Of a stretch of 64,000 bases of DNA, positions 1 to 10,487 are shown one piece after another. Both the position numbers and the translations under genes were made by a program. Position 1 is the stretch's first letter; every line of letters starts with the position of its first letter. Source of the DNA: Minisyncoccota bacterium (GTDB lineage Bacteria; Patescibacteriota; Minisyncoccia; Phycocordibacterales; GWA1-40-21); the NCBI GenBank assembly GCA_041664585.1, contig JBAYKL010000003.1:49074-113073 (forward strand). Reading direction: 5' to 3'. Under the pieces are notes generated by a model, which saw only the letters and a list, made by a program, of their open reading frames with translations, did not search any database and was not told the DNA's origin.

Positions 1-357
1 CAATTATCTTTCTGTGATTATACGGATAGCGAACCAAATGGATGGTGTGCTGGTGTGTTGGATCATAGTATGAGTTTAAACAGCTGGCATTTTGTGGTTG
101 GAGTATTCCGTTCTGACTCCATTGAAGTATATATAGATGGTGTTTCTATTGGAAGTGGAGTAAAGGCTGGATTAACAACTAGACAAGCAGGTGCTGACCC
201 AGTTAACCTCACTATTGGTGGTAGATCAGTAGATACATATATTCAAAGATGGAGCGGTTTGATAGACGAAGTCGCTATTTGGGATCGTCCTATTTCTCCT
301 GTTGAAATTACCACTCTTTACAACGGTGGTGCTGGTATGAGTATAATTACACCTTAA
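1..357 (+). CDS. LamG/concanavalin A-like domain protein, 3' part (starts before window)
   Basis: Frame open from base 1; WHFVVGV..IEVYIDG..IGG..GLIDEVAIWDR..EITTLYN pattern of LamG-like jellyroll domains. Confidence 0.8.
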   Translation, partial: QLSFCDYTDSEPNGWCAGVLDHSMSLNSWHFVVGVFRSDSIEVYIDGVSIGSGVKAGLTTRQAGADPVNLTIGGRSVDTYIQRWSGLIDEVAIWDRPISPVEITTLYNGGAGMSIITP

Positions 358-361
358 ATCT

Positions 362-389
362 AAAAACGAGCATAATCTGCTCGTTTTTT
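362..389. terminator. Intrinsic terminator hairpin
   Basis: AAAAACGAGCA-taatc-TGCTCGTTTTT. Confidence 0.75.
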
Positions 390-566
390 AATTATTTGCA
401 TTTTTTCCTATTTTGTTATACTCTATCTCTAACAAAAGCTACTTGGCTGTACGCTTTAGTTTCTGAAAGGATGGCCTTTCTACGAGTTGAATATTTAAAC
501 GAGTTGCAGAGAATTTAGCAGAAATGCGGTTCGCTGTGATTTTTATTATTAATTAAGTTTTAAAAA

Positions 567-983
567 ATGCCTACAATAAATCAGCTAATAAGAAAGAACA
601 GAAAGACAGCGCCTAAAAAACCAAAGGCGATTGCTCTTATGCGTGGTTTCAATACATTGGAAAATAGACCAACAAAAAGTCTTTCTCCATTTAAGAGAGG
701 TGTTTGTACAAAAGTTACAACCAAAACTCCGAAGAAACCAAACTCAGCTATCAGAAAAATCGCAAGGGTTAGACTTACAAACGGTATGGAGGTCACTGCC
801 TACATTCCAGGTATGGGTCACAACTTGCAAGAACACTCAGTTGTTCTATTAAGAGGAGGTAAAGTAAAAGACGTTGGTGTTAGATATACTGTCGTAAGAG
901 GTGTACTTGACGCCGGTGGAGTAGAAGGAAGAAGAAAGGGTCGTAGCCAATATGGTGCAAAAAGACCAAAAGCAGCTAAATAA
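567..983 (+). CDS. rpsL: 30S ribosomal protein S12
   Basis: [22 protein letters not shown] motifs. Confidence 0.99.
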   Translation: MPTINQLIRKNRKTAPKKPKAIALMRGFNTLENRPTKSLSPFKRGVCTKVTTKTPKKPNSAIRKIARVRLTNGMEVTAYIPGMGHNLQEHSVVLLRGGKVKDVGVRYTVVRGVLDAGGVEGRRKGRSQYGAKRPKAAK

Positions 984-993
984 TTAAACTATC

Positions 994-1464
994 ATGAGAA
1001 GAAAACTAAAAACAAAGAAAGCTCTTGCACCTGACTACAAATATAATTCAGAAAAAGTTACAAAGCTCATCAATTATATGATGTACAGTGGAAAGAAATC
1101 AGTTTCAGAAAGAAACATTTACAACTGTTTTGATATTATAATTGAAAAAGCAAAAGTAAAAGATCCTTTGGCTCTTTTTGAACTTGCTCTTTCAAACACA
1201 GCTCCAAACATGGAGGTAAAATCTAAGAGAGTTGGTGGTGCAAACTATCAAGTCCCTATGGAAGTCCGCCCATCAAGAAGATCAGCGCTTTCTATGAAAT
1301 GGATTATAGAAGCAGCTAGAAGTAAAAAAGGTTCAACTATAGCAGAGAGACTCGCAGATGAAATAATCGCAGCATCTAAGAATGAGGGTGAAGCAGTAAA
1401 GAAGAGAGAGAACACTCATAAGATGGCTGAAGCAAACAAAGCTTTTGCTCACTTCGCTTGGTAA
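994..1464 (+). CDS. rpsG: 30S ribosomal protein S7
   Basis: RVGGANYQVP, HKMAEANKAFAHF. Confidence 0.99.
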   Translation: MRRKLKTKKALAPDYKYNSEKVTKLINYMMYSGKKSVSERNIYNCFDIIIEKAKVKDPLALFELALSNTAPNMEVKSKRVGGANYQVPMEVRPSRRSALSMKWIIEAARSKKGSTIAERLADEIIAASKNEGEAVKKRENTHKMAEANKAFAHFAW

Positions 1465-1497
1465 GAAAATTTTACAAAATAATTTATTAAATTAAAA

Positions 1498-3663
1498 ATG
1501 AAAAGAGATTATCCATTAGATAAAGTAAGAAATTTCGGAATCATTGCTCACATCGATGCTGGTAAGACAACTGTGTCTGAAAGAATTTTGTATTACACAG
1601 GTGTAAACCACAAGATTGGTGAGGTTCATGAAGGAGAAACAACTACAGACTGGATGGAACAGGAGAGAGAAAGAGGTATCACTATCTGTTCTGCTGCTGT
1701 TACATGTTTTTGGAATCCAACATATATGCCTAAGGAAGACTTAAGCAAAAAGGTTAGATTTAACATCATTGATACTCCTGGACACATCGACTTTACTGCA
1801 GAGGTTAAGCGTTCTTTAAGAGTGCTTGACGGTGCTGTCGTTGTATTTGATGGAGTTGCTGGTGTTGAACCACAATCAGAAACAAACTGGAGATATGCTG
1901 ATGAAGGTAAGGTTCCAAGACTTTGTTTTATAAACAAACTAGACAGAATGGGAGGATCTTTTGAAAGATCATACCAGTCTATTCTTGAAAGACTTACAAA
2001 AAATGCTGTAAGAATGCAACTTCCTATTGGTACAGAATCTGATTTTTCAGGAGTTGTTGATCTTATGAAGATGAAAGCATATTCTACAGAAGGTGCCATG
2101 GGAGAGACAATAACAGAATCAGAAATCCCAGCAGATATGTTAGAAGATGCAAAGAAATACAGAGCTGAGCTTGTAGAAAAGATTGTCGAAAATGATGAAA
2201 AACTCATGTCTGACTATCTCGAAGGAAAAGAAATTTCTCTTGAAGATTTGAAAAAGACTTTGAGAAAAGCAACTATCTCAAACGATATCGTTCCTGTATT
2301 TACTGGGTCTGCTTTGAAGAACAAAGGAGTTCAACTTATGCTTGATGGAGTTGTAGATTATCTACCATCTCCTCTTGATATTCCACCAGTCACAGGTATC
2401 GATCCAAGAACAGGAGCTGAAGTGCTAAGACATGCTTCTGATGAAGAACCTTTTACAGCTCTTGCTTTTAAATTACAAAACGACCCATTCGTAGGTCAGC
2501 TTACATATTTCAGAGTTTACTCTGGATCTATTAAAGCTGGTACATATCTTTATAACTCTACAACTGGAGAAAAAGAGAGACTAGGAAGAATCGTGAGAAT
2601 GCACGCAAATGACAGAGAAGATGTAGATGAGGTTATGGCTGGAGAAATTGCAGCTGCCGTCGGTCTTAAGGGTGCAAAGACTTCACACACTTTCTGTGAT
2701 GAAGCTAATCCAATATTACTTGATCAAATCGTATTCCCAGAACCAGTTATTACTTTGAGAATTGAACCAAAGACAAAAGCGGACCAAGAAAAAATGGGAT
2801 TTGCTTTGAAGAAACTTTCTGATGAAGATCCAACATTTAAAATCAAAACTGATTCAGAAACAGGAGAAACTGTTATGGCAGGTATGGGAGAGCTTCACCT
2901 TGAAATTCTTGTAGACAGAATGAAGAGAGAATTCGGAGTTGAAGCAAATGTCGGTAAACCACAGGTTGCTTATAAAGAAACAATTCTTGGTGAAGCTGAG
3001 AGAGAAGAGAAGTATGTTAAACAGTCTGGAGGTAAAGGCCAATACGGTCACGTTGTTATAAACATCAAACCTATGAAGCCTCTTGAGGAAGGAGCAAAAA
3101 TTCCTAAGAACGTAAAGAGAGATGACAACTTTGAATTCATCGATTCTATCAAGGGAGGTGCTATTCCACAAGAATTTATTCCTGCTGTTGAAAAAGGTGT
3201 TCGTGAAGCTATGGATAGGGGTATTCTTGCAGGATATAAACTTGTAAATGTATCTTGTGAACTTACATTCGGTTCATATCACGATGTTGACTCTTCTGAA
3301 ATTGCATATAAGATTGCCGCTTCTATGGCTTTCCAAGATGCAGCTAAGAGAGCAAAACCTGTTATCATGGAACCTATTATGAAAGTTGAAGTCGTTACAC
3401 CAGAGAAATTCATGGGAGATGTATCTGGAAGCGTCAACTCAAGAAGAGGTCAAATAACTGAGATGTTTGATAGAGGAATGAATAAAGTTATTCATGCTAA
3501 AGTACCTCTTTCTGAAATGTTCGGTTACGTTACAACTTTGAGGTCTATGTCAGAAGGAAGAGCTTCATCTACTATGGAATTCGACCACTACGATGTTGTT
3601 CCACCAAACGTTGCGAAAACTATTATTGAAGCTAGAGGAGCAGGTCCCGCAGCTTTGAAATAA
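1498..3663 (+). CDS. fusA: Elongation factor G
   Basis: [24 protein letters not shown]; str operon position. Confidence 0.99.
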   Translation: MKRDYPLDKVRNFGIIAHIDAGKTTVSERILYYTGVNHKIGEVHEGETTTDWMEQERERGITICSAAVTCFWNPTYMPKEDLSKKVRFNIIDTPGHIDFTAEVKRSLRVLDGAVVVFDGVAGVEPQSETNWRYADEGKVPRLCFINKLDRMGGSFERSYQSILERLTKNAVRMQLPIGTESDFSGVVDLMKMKAYSTEGAMGETITESEIPADMLEDAKKYRAELVEKIVENDEKLMSDYLEGKEISLEDLKKTLRKATISNDIVPVFTGSALKNKGVQLMLDGVVDYLPSPLDIPPVTGIDPRTGAEVLRHASDEEPFTALAFKLQNDPFVGQLTYFRVYSGSIKAGTYLYNSTTGEKERLGRIVRMHANDREDVDEVMAGEIAAAVGLKGAKTSHTFCDEANPILLDQIVFPEPVITLRIEPKTKADQEKMGFALKKLSDEDPTFKIKTDSETGETVMAGMGELHLEILVDRMKREFGVEANVGKPQVAYKETILGEAEREEKYVKQSGGKGQYGHVVINIKPMKPLEEGAKIPKNVKRDDNFEFIDSIKGGAIPQEFIPAVEKGVREAMDRGILAGYKLVNVSCELTFGSYHDVDSSEIAYKIAASMAFQDAAKRAKPVIMEPIMKVEVVTPEKFMGDVSGSVNSRRGQITEMFDRGMNKVIHAKVPLSEMFGYVTTLRSMSEGRASSTMEFDHYDVVPPNVAKTIIEARGAGPAALK

Positions 3664-3676
3664 GGAATTAAAAAAT

Positions 3677-3714
3677 AACAAAAAGAGATGGTTTTTAAAC
3701 CATCTCTTTTTGTT
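3677..3714. terminator. Bidirectional terminator after fusA
   Basis: AACAAAAAGAGATGGTTT..AAACCATCTCTTTTTGTT inverted repeat. Confidence 0.8.
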
Positions 3715-3774
3715 TATATACAAATAAACCATGTATTGATATAATATTCGTATTATTAATTTTATTATTTTTCT

Positions 3775-6756
3775 ATGAAAAAAATTCTCTCTTTATTAAT
3801 TCTTTCTCTTATTATATTTCTTGGTATGCAGGTCCATGCTGCGCCAACTCTTGAAGAGATGGAAGAAATGTTTTCGGGATCTAAAGGGGTAGGTGTAGAT
3901 TGTTTTGATTATTACAAATTCCAAAGCGTTCAAGTAAACGTTGGACCAAACAAAAGTGCTTTCACTGCGGGGGAGGATGTAGATTTTTCTGGAAAGATTG
4001 AGAATGAAAATAGGTACCCAGTATTTAATGGATATTTATATGTAAGGATAGCAGAGAAGAACCCTGCGTATATTCATGAGGGTCATAATATTGTAGATGA
4101 GTTTATTGCTCTCGGGCCAATTTCAGTTGACGCATCTTCTTCTGCTCCAGTTTCTTTTTCTTGGAAGATACCAGAAAATCTAAAGTCTGGTGAATATACA
4201 GCGAATTATTTCTTTTCTGTGAATAAAAAGATGAACCTGGGTGGTCTTCCTTTTACTAACGAAATCATTGTGGGTTTTGCGGATTTCTCAATCGCTTCTA
4301 CAAAGACAGGTAATGTTTCTTTTGTAAAAAGTTCCACAAAAGTAAATGAAGCCAAATACAATCACATCGGTAACTGGCCCCTTATTTCTCCAGATGGCAA
4401 AGCTGTTGTGTCACAAGTAATTCAAAATACATTAAAGCAAGATATAAATACAGAAATTTCATATAATTTATATTATTGGGATAGCCTTGATCCTAAAGAT
4501 CTAATCTCTACAAAAAAAGAAAGTCTTACTCTAAAAGCAGGGGAAAGTAAAACTCTTACATATGAAATATCTAAGGTTGAACTCAGCGCGTATTATTTAC
4601 AAATAGTAGCCAAGAATGAAAATGGTACGAAATCTATTGTAAATATGAGAATTACGTCTGATATAGCCAAACCAAGAATTAACTATTTTGGATTAGATAA
4701 TTTTCCTATACAAAAAGGTGCCACAACCACGCTATATTCTTGTTTCCATAATACATCAAACATTTCTGCTTCTGGAACCACGGTGCTTATAGCAAAAGAC
4801 AAAGTAGGCAGAGAGATCTCAAGAGTGGAATACTCAGGAGTTATTCCTTCTGCTATCTCCGCACAAAAAACAGAGTTTATTGCTAATTCAAAATTGGATT
4901 ATATAAAACTTGAACAGAAAATTTATGATGACCAAAAAAATCTTTTAGATACTCAAGAGATTATCTATGATGTCTCTCTTATTAAAGAGCCGGAGATAAA
5001 AGCTGAACCAGTTAATCCCGTAGTAGCTTATGCGTTACTCGGACTCATAGTTTTTGGTTTCTTGCTATTTTTTGTAAAACCAATAAGAAAGAATAAGAAT
5101 TTGTGTTTAGTTATTTCTCTTGTAATTATTTCTTTAGCGGGTGCACTTCTTGTTTTGTTTATGCAAGCTAGACCGGTGAAAGCGCAATCAACGATAGAGA
5201 ATTTTCAGAAATCGCAGAGCGGGGTGGTAGAAAAAGTTTTTGGTGTCGGTTTTAATGGCAAACACGTAAACAATGTTTTTTATGGTTCCGTTAGTTATAC
5301 TTACAAAATAGACACAACCGCCTCTTCACCGATTGTTAGGAAGGGGGATAAAATTAGCTTCTCTTACTCATCACTGGGTTTCTTTAACGCAACTGGAGGG
5401 GGTTGGGATTCACCATATTTAGGAGAAAAATTTGTTCATAATTCTGGTTTGATTTCTAGTTTAGAGGCTGCAAAATGGATACCTGATGTAAGGATTGGAG
5501 AATTTAGAGGTTCTTTAAAGGACACATCCTGTGTTGGTACTCCAGTAGAAGGATGTATCGGTGGGGCACTTGGTCCAGACGGTAAGACCAATCAAACGTA
5601 CAAGGGCTATAATCCTGGACCTGGAGATTCAAGGCCTGGTTATAAAAAAGAAGTTGATATACCACAGCCGGATGTTACAAAATCAAGTGATGATAAAATT
5701 ATGAAATGTGATTCTTCTGGTTGTACAGCACTTTGTCCTGGTACCGTTATATTGACCACATCAATTAAACCATCAGAGGTTATCCTTGGGTATCAATATC
5801 CTTTCCCGATGTCTCTTTATAAGAGTGATCGCTCCGGCTTCAGAGACAGTATCCCTTTTGAAGGGTTTACGGCTAAATGGGTATTTAGAGTAACTGGTCC
5901 TAGTTGTGGGGGCGGTGGTAGTAGAGGGACTGGAGATATCAAAATGTGGGCAGATCCTTCTATTGTTGAATCTGGAGGCGAATCTATTATTAATTGGGAA
6001 ACCACAAATATGAGTTCCTGTCAGGCTGTTGGAGGATGGAGTTCATCGACAGCGATAGCTGGTGAGGAAAAGATGGAGAACATTATTGAGGGGAAAACCT
6101 TTGAAATATCTTGCAGTGGTATCAATGGTACCAAGTACGCTTCAACATCTGTTGGCCTTAGTTTAAAAAAACCTACAGTTCAGCTTTATGCCAACCCACA
6201 GTCTGTTGATCCTGACGGTAAGTCAGTTATCTCTTGGATTTCTGTAAACGCCCAATCTTGTCATGCTATACCAGTTATTGTTGGTACAAAAGAAACTTTT
6301 TGGACCAATTCCACGTCAACTTCCGGTTCTAAAGAGGTTTCTTTGGATAAAGTTGCAAAAACTTTCTCTATTTCTTGTGAGGGTAAGAATGGGATAAGTT
6401 ATTCTACAACCACGATAAATATTTTAAATCCAAAGGAGACAACGGAGGTTGTAACTGCCGCGTGTGTTCCCGAACAGAATTCCTCAAGTAAGATATATAT
6501 AAATAAACAAATGACTTGGAATGTCGTACCAGACGATGTTGACGTAGACTTGCCTTCTGCGAGCACGACATGGAGCGGAACGAACGTGTCAGAGACAGAA
6601 AGGGTTGGGGTGTCTTTAGATAAGATATATACTACTGTGGGCTTAAAGACTATAAATGCGACCACCACGTGGAAGACTGGTTCGACAAATTATATTACAA
6701 CCTGTTCAACTTCTACAAATGTAATGCTTGGAGGGGGGAGTATTAATGAGATATAG
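3775..6756 (+). CDS. Large secreted/membrane protein (993 aa) with Ig-like/PKD-like beta domains
   Basis: N-terminal signal peptide, two central hydrophobic helices, Cys/Ser/Thr-rich C-terminal beta repeats (W.T.N..SC.A, W.S.NA.SC.A; YTTVGLKT). Confidence 0.75.
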   Translation: MKKILSLLILSLIIFLGMQVHAAPTLEEMEEMFSGSKGVGVDCFDYYKFQSVQVNVGPNKSAFTAGEDVDFSGKIENENRYPVFNGYLYVRIAEKNPAYIHEGHNIVDEFIALGPISVDASSSAPVSFSWKIPENLKSGEYTANYFFSVNKKMNLGGLPFTNEIIVGFADFSIASTKTGNVSFVKSSTKVNEAKYNHIGNWPLISPDGKAVVSQVIQNTLKQDINTEISYNLYYWDSLDPKDLISTKKESLTLKAGESKTLTYEISKVELSAYYLQIVAKNENGTKSIVNMRITSDIAKPRINYFGLDNFPIQKGATTTLYSCFHNTSNISASGTTVLIAKDKVGREISRVEYSGVIPSAISAQKTEFIANSKLDYIKLEQKIYDDQKNLLDTQEIIYDVSLIKEPEIKAEPVNPVVAYALLGLIVFGFLLFFVKPIRKNKNLCLVISLVIISLAGALLVLFMQARPVKAQSTIENFQKSQSGVVEKVFGVGFNGKHVNNVFYGSVSYTYKIDTTASSPIVRKGDKISFSYSSLGFFNATGGGWDSPYLGEKFVHNSGLISSLEAAKWIPDVRIGEFRGSLKDTSCVGTPVEGCIGGALGPDGKTNQTYKGYNPGPGDSRPGYKKEVDIPQPDVTKSSDDKIMKCDSSGCTALCPGTVILTTSIKPSEVILGYQYPFPMSLYKSDRSGFRDSIPFEGFTAKWVFRVTGPSCGGGGSRGTGDIKMWADPSIVESGGESIINWETTNMSSCQAVGGWSSSTAIAGEEKMENIIEGKTFEISCSGINGTKYASTSVGLSLKKPTVQLYANPQSVDPDGKSVISWISVNAQSCHAIPVIVGTKETFWTNSTSTSGSKEVSLDKVAKTFSISCEGKNGISYSTTTINILNPKETTEVVTAACVPEQNSSSKIYINKQMTWNVVPDDVDVDLPSASTTWSGTNVSETERVGVSLDKIYTTVGLKTINATTTWKTGSTNYITTCSTSTNVMLGGGSINEI

Positions 6757-6765
6757 TTGTTTATA

Positions 6766-6815
6766 AAAATACACAAAAAGAGACGGTAGTAATGCCGTCT
6801 CTTTTTGTGTATTTT
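6766..6815. terminator. Bidirectional terminator
   Basis: AAAATACACAAAAAGAGACGG..CCGTCTCTTTTTGTGTATTTT. Confidence 0.8.
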
Positions 6816-6819
6816 GTGA

Positions 6820-6848
6820 TTGACTTATCTTTTTTCTTTTGCTATTAT
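6820..6848 (+). promoter_or_regulatory. Sigma70-type promoter for tuf-S10 block
   Basis: TTGACT-17 nt-TATTAT with extended TG. Confidence 0.6.
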
Positions 6849-7045
6849 TTCGTCTACGCGTTTTATGCGCTTTTTTAGTTGCCACTAGATTTTCTTATGG
6901 CAAAAGTGGTGCATTCAAGGTGTAAATTTATAAGTTTCTCAGTTCGCTGAAAAGCGAATGATGGGAGTTAATTTTTTAGCTGGTTTTATGGGCAGAGTAG
7001 ACGTTCTCGCGCACTCCGCTTTAAAAATCAGCAACAATAAAAAAT

Positions 7046-8251
7046 ATGGCACAAGAATTTGAAAGATCAAAGCCACACGTAAACGTGGGTACCATTGGTC
7101 ACATTGACCACGGTAAGACAACATTGACTGCAGCTATTACTTACGTGCAGTCTCTTAAGGGTTTAGCAAATCACATCGCTTATGATCAGGTTGCGAAAGC
7201 GTCTGAAAAAGACGGTAGAAGAGATTCAACAAAAATCATCACTATCGCTATTTCTCACGTTGAGTACTCATCAGATGCAAGACACTATGCGCACGTCGAC
7301 TGTCCTGGACACGCTGACTACGTAAAGAACATGATTACTGGTGCTGCCCAAATGGACGGTGCTATCCTTGTTGTGTCAGCTGTTGATGGCCCTATGCCTC
7401 AGACAAAAGAACACGTTCTCTTAGCTCGCCAGGTTGGTGTGCCAAAGATCGTTGTCTTCTTAAACAAGTGTGACCTTGTTGATGATGCAGACCTATTGGA
7501 CCTAGTTGAAGTAGAAATCAGAGAGCTTTTGACTAAATACAACTTTGATGGAGATAATGCTCCTATCATAAGAGGTTCAGCTACAGGCGCTCTTGCTTGT
7601 AAGACAGCAGATGAACCAGGTGCAAAGTGTATAGCAGATCTTTTGACAGCATTAGATACATATATCCCTATGCCTGTTAGAGACGTAGATAAGCCATTCC
7701 TTATGCCAATCGAAGACATTTTCTCAATCGAAGGAAGAGGAACTGTTGTTACAGGTAGAATCGAAAGAGGAACTGTAAAAGTTGGTGAAGAAGTTGAAAT
7801 CGTTGGTATTAGACCAACAGCAAAATCAACAGTTACTGGTATTGAAATGTTTAATAAACAACTTCAAGACGGAAGAGCTGGAGATAACGCTGGTATCTTG
7901 CTTAGAGGTACAAAGAAAGAAGACGTCACAAGAGGTCAGGTTCTTTGTAAGACAGGTACAACAACTCCACATACAGAATTTGAGGCTGAAGTTTATATTT
8001 TGAAGAAAGAGGAAGGTGGTAGACACACTCCATTCTTCTCAGGTTATAAGCCACAATTCTACATCAGAACAACAGACGTTACTGGAGATGTTACATTAGC
8101 TCCAGGAGTTGAAATGGTTATGCCAGGAGATACAGTTACTTTCAAAGTTAAATTGGTAAACCCAGTTGCTCTTGAAGATAAGATGAGACTTGCTATCAGA
8201 GAAGGTGGTAAGACTGTAGGTTCTGGAGTTATCACAAAGATAGTTGCCTAA
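7046..8251 (+). CDS. tuf: Elongation factor Tu
   Basis: [35 protein letters not shown]. Confidence 0.99.
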   Translation: MAQEFERSKPHVNVGTIGHIDHGKTTLTAAITYVQSLKGLANHIAYDQVAKASEKDGRRDSTKIITIAISHVEYSSDARHYAHVDCPGHADYVKNMITGAAQMDGAILVVSAVDGPMPQTKEHVLLARQVGVPKIVVFLNKCDLVDDADLLDLVEVEIRELLTKYNFDGDNAPIIRGSATGALACKTADEPGAKCIADLLTALDTYIPMPVRDVDKPFLMPIEDIFSIEGRGTVVTGRIERGTVKVGEEVEIVGIRPTAKSTVTGIEMFNKQLQDGRAGDNAGILLRGTKKEDVTRGQVLCKTGTTTPHTEFEAEVYILKKEEGGRHTPFFSGYKPQFYIRTTDVTGDVTLAPGVEMVMPGDTVTFKVKLVNPVALEDKMRLAIREGGKTVGSGVITKIVA

Positions 8252-8310
8252 CAAGTTTTAGTTTAAGGATATAATATTTTATATCAAAAACTAATAACTG
8301 AAATCTAAAT

Positions 8311-8697
8311 ATGACTGCAACAAAAACAACAAAAAAGAATACAAGTACATTAAAATCAAAAGTTTCAAAAAAGTCTGTAAAGGAGGATGCTGTTCCTATG
8401 CTAAGAATTAGAGTAAGAGCATATGATAGCAAAGTTCTTGACGCTTCAGTCAAACAGATTATTGAAACAGCCATGAGACACGATGTTAAAGTCGTTGGTC
8501 CTGTGCCTTTGCCAACAGAAATCAAGAAATATACTGTCAACAGAGCATCATTCGTCTACAAAAATGCGCGAGAACAATTTGAGATGAGGATACACAGAAG
8601 ATTGATAGATATTATTGGTCCTTCAGCTAAGGTAGTAGAGGCGCTCACAAACTTGAGCTTGCCTTCAGGTGTGAATATTGATGTGAAGATGGTTTAA
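8311..8697 (+). CDS. rpsJ: 30S ribosomal protein S10 with Lys-rich N-terminal extension
   Basis: GPVPLPT, REQFEMRIHRRLIDI. Confidence 0.97.
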   Translation: MTATKTTKKNTSTLKSKVSKKSVKEDAVPMLRIRVRAYDSKVLDASVKQIIETAMRHDVKVVGPVPLPTEIKKYTVNRASFVYKNAREQFEMRIHRRLIDIIGPSAKVVEALTNLSLPSGVNIDVKMV

Positions 8698-8824
8698 GGA
8701 TTAAAATTAATAGACGCATCGCGATATTATCTTTGATAAGTACAAACATCTTCTTAATTTATTTAAGAAGGTGTTTGGCTTTTAGGGGTAATTGAAAAAC
8801 GCGCTCTGCATTAATAACGCTGAA

Positions 8825-9430
8825 ATGAAATTTATACTAGGAATAAAACAGAATATGACCCAGATCTTTGATGAGAAGGGAAATGTACAGCCTGCGACAA
8901 TATTGTCGGCTGGACCTCTTTTTGTAACTCAAATAAAAGACAAGAATATAGATGGGTATTCTGCCGTGCAAGTCGGTTTTGGTACTAAAAAAGAAAAGAA
9001 TATAAATAAGCCAGAAGCTGGGCACTTAAATGGTGTTAATGCTAGATTCTTGAAAGAATTTAGATTAGACGATACTTCTGCTTTTAAAGTTGGCGACAAA
9101 TTAGATTTATCTGTTTTGTCAGTTGGCGATTGCGTAGAAGTTTCTGGAATCACAAAAGGTAAAGGATATCAGAGTGTTATCAAAAGACATGGTTTCAAGG
9201 GTCAACCAAGAAGTCATGGTCAAAAGCACTGCGAAAATGCTCCAGGTTCTATCGGAGGAGGTCTTAGAAATAGAGTTCCAAAGAATATGAGAATGGCAGG
9301 CAGAATGGGTGCTGACAGAGTAACAATAAAGAACCTTAAAGTCCTTGGAGTCGACCAAGAGAATAATCAGATTTTAATAAGTGGTGCTATCCCTGGAAAG
9401 AGAGGTACTCTTATTGAAGTACGTGGTTAA
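8825..9430 (+). CDS. rplC: 50S ribosomal protein L3
   Basis: MTQIFDE, TKGKG, PGSIG, MAGRMG; ATG 8825 preferred over the upstream TTG. Confidence 0.97.
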   Translation: MKFILGIKQNMTQIFDEKGNVQPATILSAGPLFVTQIKDKNIDGYSAVQVGFGTKKEKNINKPEAGHLNGVNARFLKEFRLDDTSAFKVGDKLDLSVLSVGDCVEVSGITKGKGYQSVIKRHGFKGQPRSHGQKHCENAPGSIGGGLRNRVPKNMRMAGRMGADRVTIKNLKVLGVDQENNQILISGAIPGKRGTLIEVRG

Positions 9431-9447
9431 TTTTAAATACTACTATT

Positions 9448-10188
9448 ATGGAAAAGAAAATTAAAACAGAAAAGAAAGTTTCAAAGAAAGCCGTAAAGAA
9501 AGTGGTTGTTCAAGGCGATGCTATAAATGCAAAAGTTTATAGTCAAAAAGGTTCTGCTGTATCTGATATACAATTACCAGCGAATATTTTTGGACTTAAT
9601 TGGAATGCAGACCTTGTACACCAAGTTGTTGTTTCAATGCTTTCAGACTCAAGAGTTATTCACGCTCACACACAAGACAGAGGTGAAGTAAGAGGGGGAG
9701 GTAAGAAACCTTGGAGACAAAAAGGTACAGGTAGAGCAAGACACGGTTCATCAAGATCACCTATTTGGGTTGGTGGAGGTATTGCTCATGGTCCAAACGG
9801 ATTAAAGAACTATGGAAGAAAGATCAACAAGAAGATGAAAGCAAAAGCACTTTTCACTATTCTTTCAAAGAAATTTAGAGATAATGAAATAGTTTTTGTA
9901 GACAGATTCGAAATTGAGAAACCAAAAACAACAGAAGCTATTGCTATTCTTAAGAACCTAAGCAAAGTAGCAAAAACTATTCTTACAAAAAAGAATAATA
10001 GCGCTATCCTTGCAACAGCAAGCAAGAACCCTGTGTTTGAAAAGAGTTTCGCAAACCTAGGAAATATTACTGTAGATGAATTGAGAAATATCAATCCTGT
10101 AGATTTGATGAACATAAAATATTTGGTTATCGAAAATCCAGAAGAGTCGATCAAATTTATTGAAAATAAAATGGCTAAAGCTAAATAA
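9448..10188 (+). CDS. rplD: 50S ribosomal protein L4
   Basis: GGGKKPWRQKGTGRARHGS. Confidence 0.98.
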   Translation: MEKKIKTEKKVSKKAVKKVVVQGDAINAKVYSQKGSAVSDIQLPANIFGLNWNADLVHQVVVSMLSDSRVIHAHTQDRGEVRGGGKKPWRQKGTGRARHGSSRSPIWVGGGIAHGPNGLKNYGRKINKKMKAKALFTILSKKFRDNEIVFVDRFEIEKPKTTEAIAILKNLSKVAKTILTKKNNSAILATASKNPVFEKSFANLGNITVDELRNINPVDLMNIKYLVIENPEESIKFIENKMAKAK

Positions 10189-10189
10189 T

Positions 10190-10477
10190 ATGAATAATAC
10201 AGATTATAAGGCTATTATAAAAAAGCCAAGAATAACAGAGAAATCAGGTATAAAATCAGAATCAGAAAATGTTTATACTTTTGAAGTAGCTTCTAAGGCA
10301 ACAAAAATAAGCGTTGCAAAAGCTGTCAGAGAAATTTACAAAGTAAATCCAGTAAAAGTAAACATTGTAAATCTTCCATCAAAGAAAACTTTTTCAAGAG
10401 GAAAGATGGGAACTAAATCAGGAGTCAAAAAAGCGGTCGTCTTTTTGAAGAAGGGGGAGAAAATAGCATTTATATAA
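10190..10477 (+). CDS. rplW: 50S ribosomal protein L23
   Basis: PRITEKS, YTFEV, KKAVV; operon position. Confidence 0.96.
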   Translation: MNNTDYKAIIKKPRITEKSGIKSESENVYTFEVASKATKISVAKAVREIYKVNPVKVNIVNLPSKKTFSRGKMGTKSGVKKAVVFLKKGEKIAFI

Positions 10478-10487
10478 TTATACTCAC

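Noticed and set aside
1626-2207. Long antisense ORFs (also 46904-47419, 47658-48101, 31012-31419 and others)
   Set aside because: Shadows of well-supported genes on the opposite strand
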